From a virus (lineage: Duplodnaviria; Caudoviricetes): a DNA stretch of 64,000 nucleotides. The stretch spans positions 1 through 64,000 of the IMG/VR virus record IMGVR_UViG_3300013382_000008; one strand, 5' to 3'. The position numbers and the translations under genes are program-made. The notes below the pieces were generated by a model that made no database searches, had not been told where the DNA came from, and saw only the letters and a program-made list of their open reading frames with translations. Shown piece after piece: positions 1-9,266 of this stretch (position 1 is its first letter; every line of letters starts with the position of its first letter).

Positions 1-2
1 CG

Positions 3-404
3 GCTGAAAAGCTTAAATCATCTATCCTTAATGATAAGGATGTATTTGGGGATTTATCTATAGATAAATCAACAAGACAGAAGATTTATAATAATATAGC
101 CAAGCCTGTTTATAAAGACCCAGAAACAGGGGAATATTTTACTGCTATCCAAAAATATGAGATGGAGAACAGAACAGATTTCCTTAAGAACATTGGGTTA
201 CTTTTCACACTAACTGATGGCTTTAAGAATCTTGATGGTTTGGTGAAAGGTAAAGTAAAGAAAGAAGTAAATAAAGGTCTTAGAGAACTTGAACATACTC
301 TTAACAACACAGCAAGAACCTCAGATGGCAATCTAAAGTTTGTTACTGGAGTAAATGAAGACCCTGAATCTTTTATAGGAAAGGGTTGGAATCTTGATGT
401 CTAA
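3..404 (+). CDS. 5'-truncated conserved crAss-like protein immediately upstream of the major capsid gene (possible scaffold/assembly protein)
   Basis: Frame is open from base 3 to the TAA at 402-404, so the 80-aa ORF in the track is only its C-terminus. Position directly before MCP. Confidence 0.6.
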   Translation, partial: AEKLKSSILNDKDVFGDLSIDKSTRQKIYNNIAKPVYKDPETGEYFTAIQKYEMENRTDFLKNIGLLFTLTDGFKNLDGLVKGKVKKEVNKGLRELEHTLNNTARTSDGNLKFVTGVNEDPESFIGKGWNLDV

Positions 405-448
405 GCCTGTAATATTAAATATTAAGTAATTTTTAAATAACATTCAAT

Positions 449-1960
449 ATGGCAGGAAAATTAGGTAAGTTCCAAATGGTTGGTTTTCAATCTTGGAAAG
501 GTTTAACTAAAGAAAATCATTTAGGTTCAATTTTTCAATTAGCACCACAGAAAGCTACCAATTTAATGGTACAATTGTTAGCTTATTATAGAGGTAAAAC
601 TTTGGATACCTTCTTAAATCAGTTCCCAGTCAAAGAATTTGACGATGACAATGAGTATTACTGGGATGTTATTGGTTCTACAAGAAGAAACATTCCTCTT
701 GTAGAAGCTAGAGATGAGAATGGTACTGTAGTTACAGCTAACAGTGGTATGATAGGTGCAGGTACTGCCCCCTTCTATCTGGTGTTCCCAGAAGATTGGT
801 TTGCAGACCAAGAAGTAATTGTAGGTAATCTTAATGAGGCATATCAATTTAGAATTTTAGGTGATGGTAGAGCTGAGGGTAGCAATACTGTTTATAAGGT
901 TGAACTTATGGGAGGCAATACCCAAGGAGTTCCAGCAGAAAGATTACTCGCAGGGGAAAGATTCTCAGTAGAAACTGCTTATGTAGAGAAGAGCTTATCA
1001 AGAAAAGCAGGTGATGTTAGATTTGCAAGTCCTATTTCTATGAGAAATGAGTGGTCTACTGTAAGAATACAGCACAAGGTACCTGGCAATATGCTTAATA
1101 AGAAATTAGCTGTAGGTATTCCTATTGTTAAAGAGACTAGTGGTAGATACTCTAAGTCTGTTGCTACAATGTGGATGCATGCAGTTGATTGGGAAACAGA
1201 GTGTCAATTTTCTGAATACAAGAACAATGCTCTTATGTTTGGCAGAAGCAATAGAAATGCCAATGGAGAGTATTTGAACTATGGTAAATCAGGAGAAGCG
1301 ATTAAGACTGGTGCTGGCTTATTGGAGCAGATAGAAGTTGCTAATACTATGTATTACAACACCTTCAGTTTAAAACTTCTTGAAGATGCTCTGTATGAGC
1401 TTTCCGCAGCTAAATTGGACTTTGGTGATAGGTACTTCTTAATAAAGACAGGTGAAAGAGGAGCAATCCAATTCCATAAAGAAGTATTAAAGACAGTATC
1501 AGGTTGGACTCAATTTGTTCTTGACAATAGCTCTATAGGAGTAATACGGAAGACTCAATCTCAATTACATCAGAATGCACTTAGTGCTGGTTTCCAATTT
1601 GTTGAGTATAAAGCTCCTAATGGTGTTAGAGTTAAGGTAGAAATTGATAACTGGTATGATGACCCAGTAAGAAATAAGATTCAACATCCTAATGGTGGTG
1701 TAGCACAATCTTACAGATATGATATTATGTACATTGGTACAATGGACCAGCCTAATATCTTTAAATGTAAGATTAAGGGGGATAATGAATATAGAGGGTA
1801 TCAGTGGGGTCTAAGAAACCCATTCACAGGTCAAAAAGGTAATCCTTATATGAGTTTTGACGAGGATAGCGCAATAATTCATAGAATGGCTACATTGGGT
1901 ATCTGTGTTCTTGACCCAACAAGAACTATGTCACTAATCCCTGCAATTTTACAGGGTTAA
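449..1960 (+). CDS. Major capsid protein (crAss-like, HK97 fold)
   Basis: 503 aa. crAss-type MCP features (N-terminal WKGLTKENHLG, GERFSVE, C-terminal GICVLDPTR). Followed by a strong terminator. Confidence 0.9.
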   Translation: MAGKLGKFQMVGFQSWKGLTKENHLGSIFQLAPQKATNLMVQLLAYYRGKTLDTFLNQFPVKEFDDDNEYYWDVIGSTRRNIPLVEARDENGTVVTANSGMIGAGTAPFYLVFPEDWFADQEVIVGNLNEAYQFRILGDGRAEGSNTVYKVELMGGNTQGVPAERLLAGERFSVETAYVEKSLSRKAGDVRFASPISMRNEWSTVRIQHKVPGNMLNKKLAVGIPIVKETSGRYSKSVATMWMHAVDWETECQFSEYKNNALMFGRSNRNANGEYLNYGKSGEAIKTGAGLLEQIEVANTMYYNTFSLKLLEDALYELSAAKLDFGDRYFLIKTGERGAIQFHKEVLKTVSGWTQFVLDNSSIGVIRKTQSQLHQNALSAGFQFVEYKAPNGVRVKVEIDNWYDDPVRNKIQHPNGGVAQSYRYDIMYIGTMDQPNIFKCKIKGDNEYRGYQWGLRNPFTGQKGNPYMSFDEDSAIIHRMATLGICVLDPTRTMSLIPAILQG

Positions 1961-1968
1961 GGATACAA

Positions 1969-2004
1969 GGGAGGAGGAAATATAGTCTTTCTCCTCCCAT
2001 TTTT
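1969..2004 (+). terminator. Intrinsic terminator after MCP
   Basis: GGGAGGAGGAA ... TTTCTCCTCCC stem followed by ATTTTT. Confidence 0.8.
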
Positions 2005-2015
2005 ACTATTAAACA

Positions 2016-3056
2016 ATGAATAAAGGAGAAGATATGGCAGAAAAGAAAATGGAAGAAAAGGTGGATTATTCTGTACCTAACTTTGATATAGATAATACAG
2101 AAGTTCCCCTTCAAGAAGTACCAAAAGAAGAGACTATTACAAAAAGCCCTAAGAAAGCACGAAAGAAAGTAGAGTTATCTGATGATGACTTGGTTAGTTG
2201 TTTAAGAAATGAAAGAATCATTGTAAGACATATACCTAAGTTGACAGGTATGTGGGGCAATAATCCTAAGCACATATTGTCAGGAGGTATGGCAGAGGGA
2301 GCAATTAGAACATTTGTAGTGCCAAGATTATCATCAGGTATGTTTGTCAATGTCCTTACAGACAAGGAAAAGGCATTTCTTGAGGAAATAATGGGACTTG
2401 AATATAATGCTCTAAGTATTTATAAGAAAGTAGACAATTTTTGGGATGATTCCAATGAGAATGGTGTTAATAAGGTAAGATTGACAAAGCAGGACAATTA
2501 TTTCAATCTATCTGACCCAGAGGATTACATCAGATATAAAATATTGTTAGCCAATAAAGATTATATTGCTCCTTCATTACAGACATTACAGGATGCCCCA
2601 AAAGCTACTTATCAGTTTGTTATTATCTCTGAAGGTGAAGAGACCAAAGTTGCCAAGAACAATATGAGTACTACAATGAGATGCTATAAGGAGTTTGGTA
2701 AGATTGAGGATGACATTGATACCTTAAGAACTATCATTGAGACTATTGATGGTAGGCCAACTTCTCAGACTGCTAAACTTGAGTTCTTACAAACTAAGGT
2801 TAATAATTTGATACAGACTGATAGCAAGATATTCTTGAAGGTTATTACTGACCCAATGCTTTCTACAAAGGTTCTTATTAAGAAAGCTATAGAAGCAGGC
2901 CTGATTTCTAACAGGGGTAATTACCTGTACTTGAGAAAGGATAATACTCCACTTTGTGAGATTAATGAAGAGCCTACATTGAATGTAGCAGCTAAATACT
3001 TAAACTCCCCCAGGCATCAAGAAATTAAGTTTGCTTTGGAAGCTAAACTAAAATAA
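2016..3056 (+). CDS. Conserved crAss-like protein downstream of MCP (start may be 2034)
   Basis: 346-aa ORF with an acidic/low-complexity N-terminus, in the position of the conserved post-MCP gene. Confidence 0.65.
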   Translation: MNKGEDMAEKKMEEKVDYSVPNFDIDNTEVPLQEVPKEETITKSPKKARKKVELSDDDLVSCLRNERIIVRHIPKLTGMWGNNPKHILSGGMAEGAIRTFVVPRLSSGMFVNVLTDKEKAFLEEIMGLEYNALSIYKKVDNFWDDSNENGVNKVRLTKQDNYFNLSDPEDYIRYKILLANKDYIAPSLQTLQDAPKATYQFVIISEGEETKVAKNNMSTTMRCYKEFGKIEDDIDTLRTIIETIDGRPTSQTAKLEFLQTKVNNLIQTDSKIFLKVITDPMLSTKVLIKKAIEAGLISNRGNYLYLRKDNTPLCEINEEPTLNVAAKYLNSPRHQEIKFALEAKLK

Positions 3057-3061
3057 AAAAT

Positions 3062-3745
3062 ATGACAACACAAGAATTCTCCAATGAATTTGATGTCTTA
3101 TATAATAATATAATGAGTAATCAAGCCCCAGGCCTTGATGAATATGAAAAGTCTGTAATCCTTACTAAGGCTCAAGAAGAAGTAGTGATAGATTTGTATA
3201 ATGGTAAGAATCCATTTGGTAACTCATTTGAGAAGACTGAAGAAACTAGAAGATACTTGAGTGATTTAATAAGGACTTATACAACTGCTGATAGGAAATT
3301 AGGATATACAGGGCTGTCCAAATCCTCAGTTTTCTTTGAATTGCCTGATGATTTATGGTTTATTACTTATGAATCAGTTAATTTAAAAGATGAAGGGTTA
3401 GGATGTATGAACGGTGAAAATATCTCTGTAATACCAATTACTCAAGATGACTATCATAGAATAAAGAAAAATCCTTTTAAAGGAGCTAATAAGAGAAGGG
3501 CCTTGAGGTTTGATTTGAGTAATAAAATAGTAGAGATAATATCAAAATATAATGTGGAGAGTTATCTTGTCAGGTATCTTGCAAGGCCTGTTCCTATTAT
3601 ATTGGATGATTTGACAGATGGCCTGTCAGTTAATGGTATAAGTGAGAAAACAGAATGTGAATTAGACCCTGTAATACACAGAACTATACTTGAGAAAGCA
3701 GTAAATATTGCTATTAGAGTAGAGTTCCATGCAGGAAAAGAATAA
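3062..3745 (+). CDS. Putative tail ring / head-tail adaptor protein
   Basis: 227 aa. Pattern LTKAQEE ... ELPDD ... YLARP ... CELDPVIHRTILEKAV is typical of gp4-like adaptor/ring proteins. Synteny. Confidence 0.65.
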   Translation: MTTQEFSNEFDVLYNNIMSNQAPGLDEYEKSVILTKAQEEVVIDLYNGKNPFGNSFEKTEETRRYLSDLIRTYTTADRKLGYTGLSKSSVFFELPDDLWFITYESVNLKDEGLGCMNGENISVIPITQDDYHRIKKNPFKGANKRRALRFDLSNKIVEIISKYNVESYLVRYLARPVPIILDDLTDGLSVNGISEKTECELDPVIHRTILEKAVNIAIRVEFHAGKE

Positions 3746-3853
3746 AATGATTGGATACATATACAAGTTATATATAAGTAGAATGTATAAAAATGAAAGA
3801 AAACCCTGTGGAGGGTTTATCTGGAAATATTATTAAACTAAATAATTATAATT

Positions 3854-4897
3854 ATGAGTGTTTTTTCAACAAATCAAGTAAGACATCTTTATGTAGCAAA
3901 AGCACTTAGTACTCCAACAGCAACTTCTGCTGCTGGTACTATTGCAGTGAAAAATGATAATGCAAAGAACCATGTGTACTTTGAGTACAAGGGTGCTGAC
4001 AGCTTAATGAGAAGTGATTTAATTGATATTAAAAATATCCTTTATGCAAAGGCTACTGATGCTGATGCTATGGCACATGAATTAAAGGCAGTTACTGTGA
4101 CTCTTGATGGCAGTGTCAATGGTGGTACTCCTGTATCTGGCCAAGATTATATTGTAAGAATTGTATTCAAGCAATTTATAGGTATGTCTGATGAAGACCA
4201 GTACTTTAAGTATGGTATGGTACATGCTTATGCTGGTATGTCAACTTCAGACTTCTATAAGATTTTAGCAGAATCCCTTGCAAAGAATTTCAGTAGAGAG
4301 GTAACTCCTCTTGTTGATATTGTTCTTACAGCCCATAGTACTGATGGTGATACTGCTGTACCTGTCTTAAAGAATGGTCAAATACAAACTTTACCTGCAT
4401 TAACTGATGGACATACTTATACAGCAGTAGTAATTGATGAGGTAGAACAGCCTTGGAGACTGGGTGTCATGCCTCAGACTCCTGTAAACTTTGATGTACA
4501 ATTTATTCCAGTTACTGTAAATGGTGATGATGTAATTTGGGGTAAGGCAGAGGATACTGACCCTGCTGGTACTATTGCCAATGGTAAGAAGATTGCAGAC
4601 CTTGAATACTTCTGCATGGGTGAGAGAGGTGATATTTATAGAGGAGTTGGATTCCCTAACAATATTCCTACTACCTATCTTGTAGACCCAACTGTCAAGT
4701 ATAATGTGATTGACATTCATTATGCTTATGTAGGAAGCAATGAGAGTGTACAAAAGTCTGAAAAGACTATTACTCTTGTAGTACCAAAGGTAGGGGCCGC
4801 TAATAAGGAAAGCAATGCTCTTGCCAATAGTATTATAACAGCTATCAATACTGCTACAGGTTTGACTATAGCTGCTCTTGATGCAACAGGGGCCTAA
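3854..4897 (+). CDS. Putative auxiliary capsid protein
   Basis: 347 aa, Ala/Thr/Val-rich beta protein followed by its own terminator (consistent with a high-copy structural protein). Position matches the crAss001 auxiliary capsid gene. Confidence 0.6.
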   Translation: MSVFSTNQVRHLYVAKALSTPTATSAAGTIAVKNDNAKNHVYFEYKGADSLMRSDLIDIKNILYAKATDADAMAHELKAVTVTLDGSVNGGTPVSGQDYIVRIVFKQFIGMSDEDQYFKYGMVHAYAGMSTSDFYKILAESLAKNFSREVTPLVDIVLTAHSTDGDTAVPVLKNGQIQTLPALTDGHTYTAVVIDEVEQPWRLGVMPQTPVNFDVQFIPVTVNGDDVIWGKAEDTDPAGTIANGKKIADLEYFCMGERGDIYRGVGFPNNIPTTYLVDPTVKYNVIDIHYAYVGSNESVQKSEKTITLVVPKVGAANKESNALANSIITAINTATGLTIAALDATGA

Positions 4898-4907
4898 ACA
4901 AATTTAT

Positions 4908-4939
4908 AAGGGAGGCTGCTAAGTCTCCCTTTATTTTTA
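4908..4939 (+). terminator. Intrinsic terminator
   Basis: AAGGGAGGCT-gcta-AGTCTCCCTT followed by TATTTTTT. Confidence 0.8.
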
Positions 4940-4950
4940 TACACCTGACT

Positions 4951-5520
4951 ATGATAAAATTTAATGAGCTTAGAATAACAAATGATGGTAAATATCTTAT
5001 CATAGATGTTTCTGTCATAAGCCTTTCTTATTATGACAATGTATATATAGATTCCATATCTATAGATACACAAGACACTTATAAAGATGGGGGACCCAGT
5101 TCTTCAGTAGTATATAATAAGAATATAACTGAGGCACTCCCTGACCTTAACTGTAAACAATTTAGGCTGGAATTAGGTATAGGAGATTTGCTTCCATCAT
5201 TGTCAAATAATCTTTTCTTTGTATATGCCAAGGCTAGAGGTACTCCAAAATCTGATACCCCATGTGGTATGGACAATGAGTATACACTAGGAGTTACATT
5301 TGATACTTGCTCTTTATATAATGCCTTAATGTCTTATGTAAGAGAAGTAAATAACTCATGTGATATTCCTAAGAATTTTATAGACTTGTTCTTACAGTTT
5401 AAAGCATTGGAGATAAGTATTAATACAGACCATTATATGCAAGCTATTGATTTCTATAATTCTTTTATAAAAGATATAAAATTAACTAAATCAATTAAAT
5501 CTTGTAATTGCCATGGATGA
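4951..5520 (+). CDS. Putative tail hub protein A
   Basis: 189 aa, Cys-containing, ends SCNCHG, overlaps next gene. Assigned by synteny. Confidence 0.5.
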   Translation: MIKFNELRITNDGKYLIIDVSVISLSYYDNVYIDSISIDTQDTYKDGGPSSSVVYNKNITEALPDLNCKQFRLELGIGDLLPSLSNNLFFVYAKARGTPKSDTPCGMDNEYTLGVTFDTCSLYNALMSYVREVNNSCDIPKNFIDLFLQFKALEISINTDHYMQAIDFYNSFIKDIKLTKSIKSCNCHG

Positions 5521-5914
5521 TGTACTATATAATTCAATTCTTAAATATTTTAATACATTGTCCTATACAGGATACATCAACTATGATGATGTAGATAAAT
5601 TATTACTCCTAGTTATAATAGAAGAATTTATCTATAATGATTTTAGAGGTTTTATAACTGAAAATGATTATAGGGAGATAGAGAAATTTTTATATAAAAT
5701 ATTTGGTACAAGTTGCTTGACGCCTTATCCAAATTATTGTAATAATTATACTATGAATAAACTACATTTAGGAGATATATCAGAACTTTTTTATAGAGTT
5801 AGTGTCAATGAGGACAATATTGAGGAATTACAAAATACCAAGGTAGTTAAAGTTATTCCCTCAGAGGATAAGATTGTAGATGATATTGATACAAGTATAG
5901 AGGGGAGAGGATAA
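5513..5914 (+). CDS. Putative tail hub protein B
   Basis: 133-aa helical protein coupled to the previous gene. Assigned by synteny. Confidence 0.5.
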   Translation: MDDVLYNSILKYFNTLSYTGYINYDDVDKLLLLVIIEEFIYNDFRGFITENDYREIEKFLYKIFGTSCLTPYPNYCNNYTMNKLHLGDISELFYRVSVNEDNIEELQNTKVVKVIPSEDKIVDDIDTSIEGRG

Positions 5915-6021
5915 TAAAAAGTTTGTATTATTGAAATTCCTATAGAAATTGGGGAATATAATGAAGGGTTCTGCCAATAAAATAAATTTTATAATATAAC
6001 CCTAACAAAATCAGTAAAACT

Positions 6022-6055
6022 CTTGTGTAAATGATATTGTTTATTTATCTTTGCA
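6022..6055 (+). promoter_or_regulatory. Bacteroidota sigma-A type promoter (-33 TTG / -7 TAnnTTTG)
   Basis: CTTGTGTA-N16-TATCTTTGCA. Same spacing as three other copies. Confidence 0.8.
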
Positions 6056-6071
6056 CAAGAGTTTTATTATT

Positions 6072-6755
6072 ATGAGTACATATAAGGAATTAGTATATTT
6101 ATGCTTAGATGAATTAAAATTAAATGCAGATGATGCTTTATTTACTGAAGAGCATATAATATTTTTATTAAGTAAATATAGAGGGTTTTTGTTAAAACAG
6201 AGATACTCTGATATAAAAAAACAAATACCTGAGAGTAATTACCAGACTATATGTTTGGATTTGATAAAGGAAACAAAGGAAGGAAGCCTTTGTGGTGATA
6301 CTTATTTGAGGAGTACTGAGAAATTACCTTTTTTAATGAAAATAGGTAATACTTCAGTATTCCCTGTGGATTATTATAGGAGTACTGTCACTTATATCAG
6401 TAGGGAAAGAATGAAATATGTAGGATATAATAAATATTTACAGAATATTATATATGCTTCAATATCCCCTGATAATTATATGTATTTGAAATCTTCAAAT
6501 CCTCAATTCCTATATTTAAAGAAAATAAGAGTCACAGGTATATTTGAAGACCCAAAAGCTGCCTCAGAGTTACAGTGTCCTGATGAAAATGGAAATACTG
6601 TATGTGATATATTGGATAAGACTTTCCCTATTGAGGATGCTCTTATACCTCCACTTGTACAACTTATAGTAGAAGAGTTGACTAAAACTGAATATAAGCC
6701 TGAAGACAAAGAAAACAATGCTGATGATGATTTGTCTGATGTAGTAACTAAATAG
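6072..6755 (+). CDS. Putative tail ring protein
   Basis: ATG at 6072; the TTG at 6051 lies inside the promoter. Motifs GIFEDP and FPIEDALIPPLVQLIV. Synteny. Confidence 0.6.
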   Translation: MSTYKELVYLCLDELKLNADDALFTEEHIIFLLSKYRGFLLKQRYSDIKKQIPESNYQTICLDLIKETKEGSLCGDTYLRSTEKLPFLMKIGNTSVFPVDYYRSTVTYISRERMKYVGYNKYLQNIIYASISPDNYMYLKSSNPQFLYLKKIRVTGIFEDPKAASELQCPDENGNTVCDILDKTFPIEDALIPPLVQLIVEELTKTEYKPEDKENNADDDLSDVVTK

Positions 6756-6761
6756 TAAGCT

Positions 6762-7319
6762 ATGGAATCTTGTCAAGAAGAGAAGGGTAATAAGCTATTT
6801 GATTTTCTAAACTCTATTAAGAAAGTAAAGGAGCCAAGGACACATAGAATCAATAACTCATTAGGAGTATATGATGCTTACAAATTTTTAAGAAAAAGGA
6901 AATGGGCTGATATAGGAGAGCCTTTGAAAGAGCATGAGTTCTATAGTATTATAAGAAAAGTCAATGATTACTTAGCTGATAGCTTGTTACATGGCAATGA
7001 CATTAAGTTACCTCATAGAATGGGCAGGCTAGAGCTAAGAAAATACGATGCAAGGGTTAGTTTGGATGGTGAAAAAGTCAAAACTAACTTACCTATAGAT
7101 TGGGATAAAACTCTTAAATTATGGTATGAGGATGAGGAAGCCTATAAGAAAAAAACATTGGTTAAAGTGGATGAAAAAGAAATCTTCAAGGTCTATTATA
7201 ATAAACAGTTAGCAGAGTATAACAATCAATCATTCTATGATTTTAATGTTAATAGAGACCTAAAGAAAAGATTAAAACAAAGAATTAAAGATGGTTTAAT
7301 TGATGCTTTTAAGATATGA
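6762..7319 (+). CDS. HU/IHF-like DNA-binding protein
   Basis: Basic 185-aa protein with HU-like LLHGNDIKLPHRMGRLELRK segment. crAss structural modules carry IHF-like genes at this position. Confidence 0.65.
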   Translation: MESCQEEKGNKLFDFLNSIKKVKEPRTHRINNSLGVYDAYKFLRKRKWADIGEPLKEHEFYSIIRKVNDYLADSLLHGNDIKLPHRMGRLELRKYDARVSLDGEKVKTNLPIDWDKTLKLWYEDEEAYKKKTLVKVDEKEIFKVYYNKQLAEYNNQSFYDFNVNRDLKKRLKQRIKDGLIDAFKI

Positions 7320-7855
7320 GTTGGAATAATTTATCAATGAAAGATAGAGCTGCTTATATAAAAATTGGATTGGATAATGGTATCACTAATCTAAAAATTA
7401 TTAGGGATACCTATAATAGATATGCTAAAGGAGGTCCTCTTAATCCTTATAGTGCTGGTTCTTTGGTTGATGCTATATACAGAGACTCTAAAGGAGAAGA
7501 GTATTTAGGTGAACCTTCACATCATTATGATTTTACTATTCCTGAGGAAGAAGCTAATAGATTAGGATATTATCCTGATGAAAGAGGACATAGGGATGAC
7601 AGGGTTAAGAAACCTGCACATCCTACACATCCAAGTAGAGGTAAATGGAACTCTTTTGAGGAGTTTGAACTTACTGATAAAGGGATGGAAAATCCTAACT
7701 ATACTTTATTTGGTCTTAATGATAATAATCAAGACCCTCAAGCTGTGATGACTTATAAGGGAGGGATAGTATTACCTGAAATAACAGTAACCCCTAAGAA
7801 GAGCTATATACATAATCCTTATGATAATGTAAATATATACTTATATGAAAGATAA
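7316..7855 (+). CDS. Small modular protein (N-terminal helical module, YAKGG motif, His-rich module, TonB-box-like LPEITVTP)
   Basis: 179-aa ORF, ATGA-coupled to the upstream gene. Motifs read directly from the translation. Confidence 0.6.
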   Translation: MSWNNLSMKDRAAYIKIGLDNGITNLKIIRDTYNRYAKGGPLNPYSAGSLVDAIYRDSKGEEYLGEPSHHYDFTIPEEEANRLGYYPDERGHRDDRVKKPAHPTHPSRGKWNSFEEFELTDKGMENPNYTLFGLNDNNQDPQAVMTYKGGIVLPEITVTPKKSYIHNPYDNVNIYLYER

Positions 7856-8567
7856 GAAATGGATATTATATAGACATACATCTCCATCAGGCAAAGTATA
7901 TGTTGGGATTACCTCTAAAAGTAATCCCAATTGGAGATGGCAAAGTGGTAAAGGCTATGCTGCTTGTACATACTTTTATAATGCTATATTGAAATACGGG
8001 TGGAATAATATCAAACATGAAGTATTATTTGAGGGCTTAAATGAGAACACTGCCAAAAGATTAGAGATAGAACTTATCAGACATTATAAGGGCTTAGGTA
8101 TCTCATATAATATCACAGATGGAGGAGAGGGTAGAAAATCCCCATTATCTAAAAATCATAAGAGAAGGCTCTCAGATGCTCATAGAGGGAAACATCTAAG
8201 TAAAGAATGGAGAGACAAAATAGGAAAAGCCCATAAAGGAAAGATAGTATCTCAAGAAACTAAAGATAAAATGTCTGCTATTATGAAATCCAAACATATT
8301 AAACTCTCTGAAGAGAGAAAGAGAATTATTAGCAGGTCTAATAAAGGAAAAGTGATTTCAGATAAGCATAGAGAGATAGTTAGTAAATTCTTTAGTAAAC
8401 CTGTTTTACAGGTAGATAAGCACACAGGTGAAATTATAAGGGAATATAGTTCAATGACAGAAGCTTCCAAATGTACTGGTATATATTATGGTAGTATAAA
8501 TAAGTGCTGTAATAATATTACGAAGTCTGCTGGAGGATATAAGTGGAGATTAAAATATGATAAGTGA
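7845..8567 (+). mobile_element. Free-standing GIY-YIG homing endonuclease with NUMOD3 repeats and C-terminal NUMOD1/IENR1 domain
   Basis: WILYRH...KVYVGIT, YNITDGGEG, repeated S.E.K.K.S.A.KGK units, KPVLQ...YSSMTEAS...CCN...SAGGYKW. Confidence 0.9.
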
Positions 8568-9264
8568 AATTTCATACATAAATATAAGAGAAGTTCTAAG
8601 TAGAATACTTAGACATCCTCTTCTTCAAGATATAACTATTGAACAAGCTGTGCAATATACTATTGATTTCATAGGTATATTTGGCTTACCTAAGTTATAT
8701 CAGGATAAAGAGGAAGTCATACATATAAAAGACTTTAGAGGATTATTACCCTGTGACTTAATCTCTATTAACCAAGTCAAGGATTGTAAAAGTAATATAT
8801 GTCTTAGAAGTATGACAGATAATTTCATGCCAGAAGAGCATTATGATAAGATTATAGGACATAAGTTGCCTCAAGAGTTGTCTTTTAAGACACAAGGACA
8901 ATTATTATATGTATCCTTCAAGACAGGAGATGTGTTGGTATCCTATAAGGCAATTCCAATAGATAAGGATGGTTTTCCATTACTTATTGATAATCCTGTG
9001 TTCTTGAAAGCTCTTGAAGCCTATATTAAGAGGGAAGCTTTTACTATTCTGTTTGATATGGGTAAGATTGCTCCTGCTGTATTACAGAATACCCAACAAC
9101 AATATGCTTGGTTGGCAGGGCAGTTACAATCAGAATTTACTATTCCATCTATCTCTGAAATGGAAAGTCTAAAGAGAAGTTGGTGTACATTACTACAAAG
9201 AACCACTGAGTTTAACAATGGGTTCAAGAATAATGGAGACCAAGAATATTATAAACTACATTAA
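8557..9264 (+). CDS. Putative tail ring protein 1 / tail tubular protein (P22 gp4-like)
   Basis: 235 aa directly before the large muzzle gene. LPCDL and YKAIPIDKDGFPLLIDN motifs. Confidence 0.65.
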   Translation: MISEISYINIREVLSRILRHPLLQDITIEQAVQYTIDFIGIFGLPKLYQDKEEVIHIKDFRGLLPCDLISINQVKDCKSNICLRSMTDNFMPEEHYDKIIGHKLPQELSFKTQGQLLYVSFKTGDVLVSYKAIPIDKDGFPLLIDNPVFLKALEAYIKREAFTILFDMGKIAPAVLQNTQQQYAWLAGQLQSEFTIPSISEMESLKRSWCTLLQRTTEFNNGFKNNGDQEYYKLH

Positions 9265-9266
9265 TT

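Noticed and set aside
3731-3770. Possible antisense promoter (CTTGTATA on the - strand)
   Set aside because: No TAnnTTTG box at the 24-nt spacing used by the four accepted promoters.
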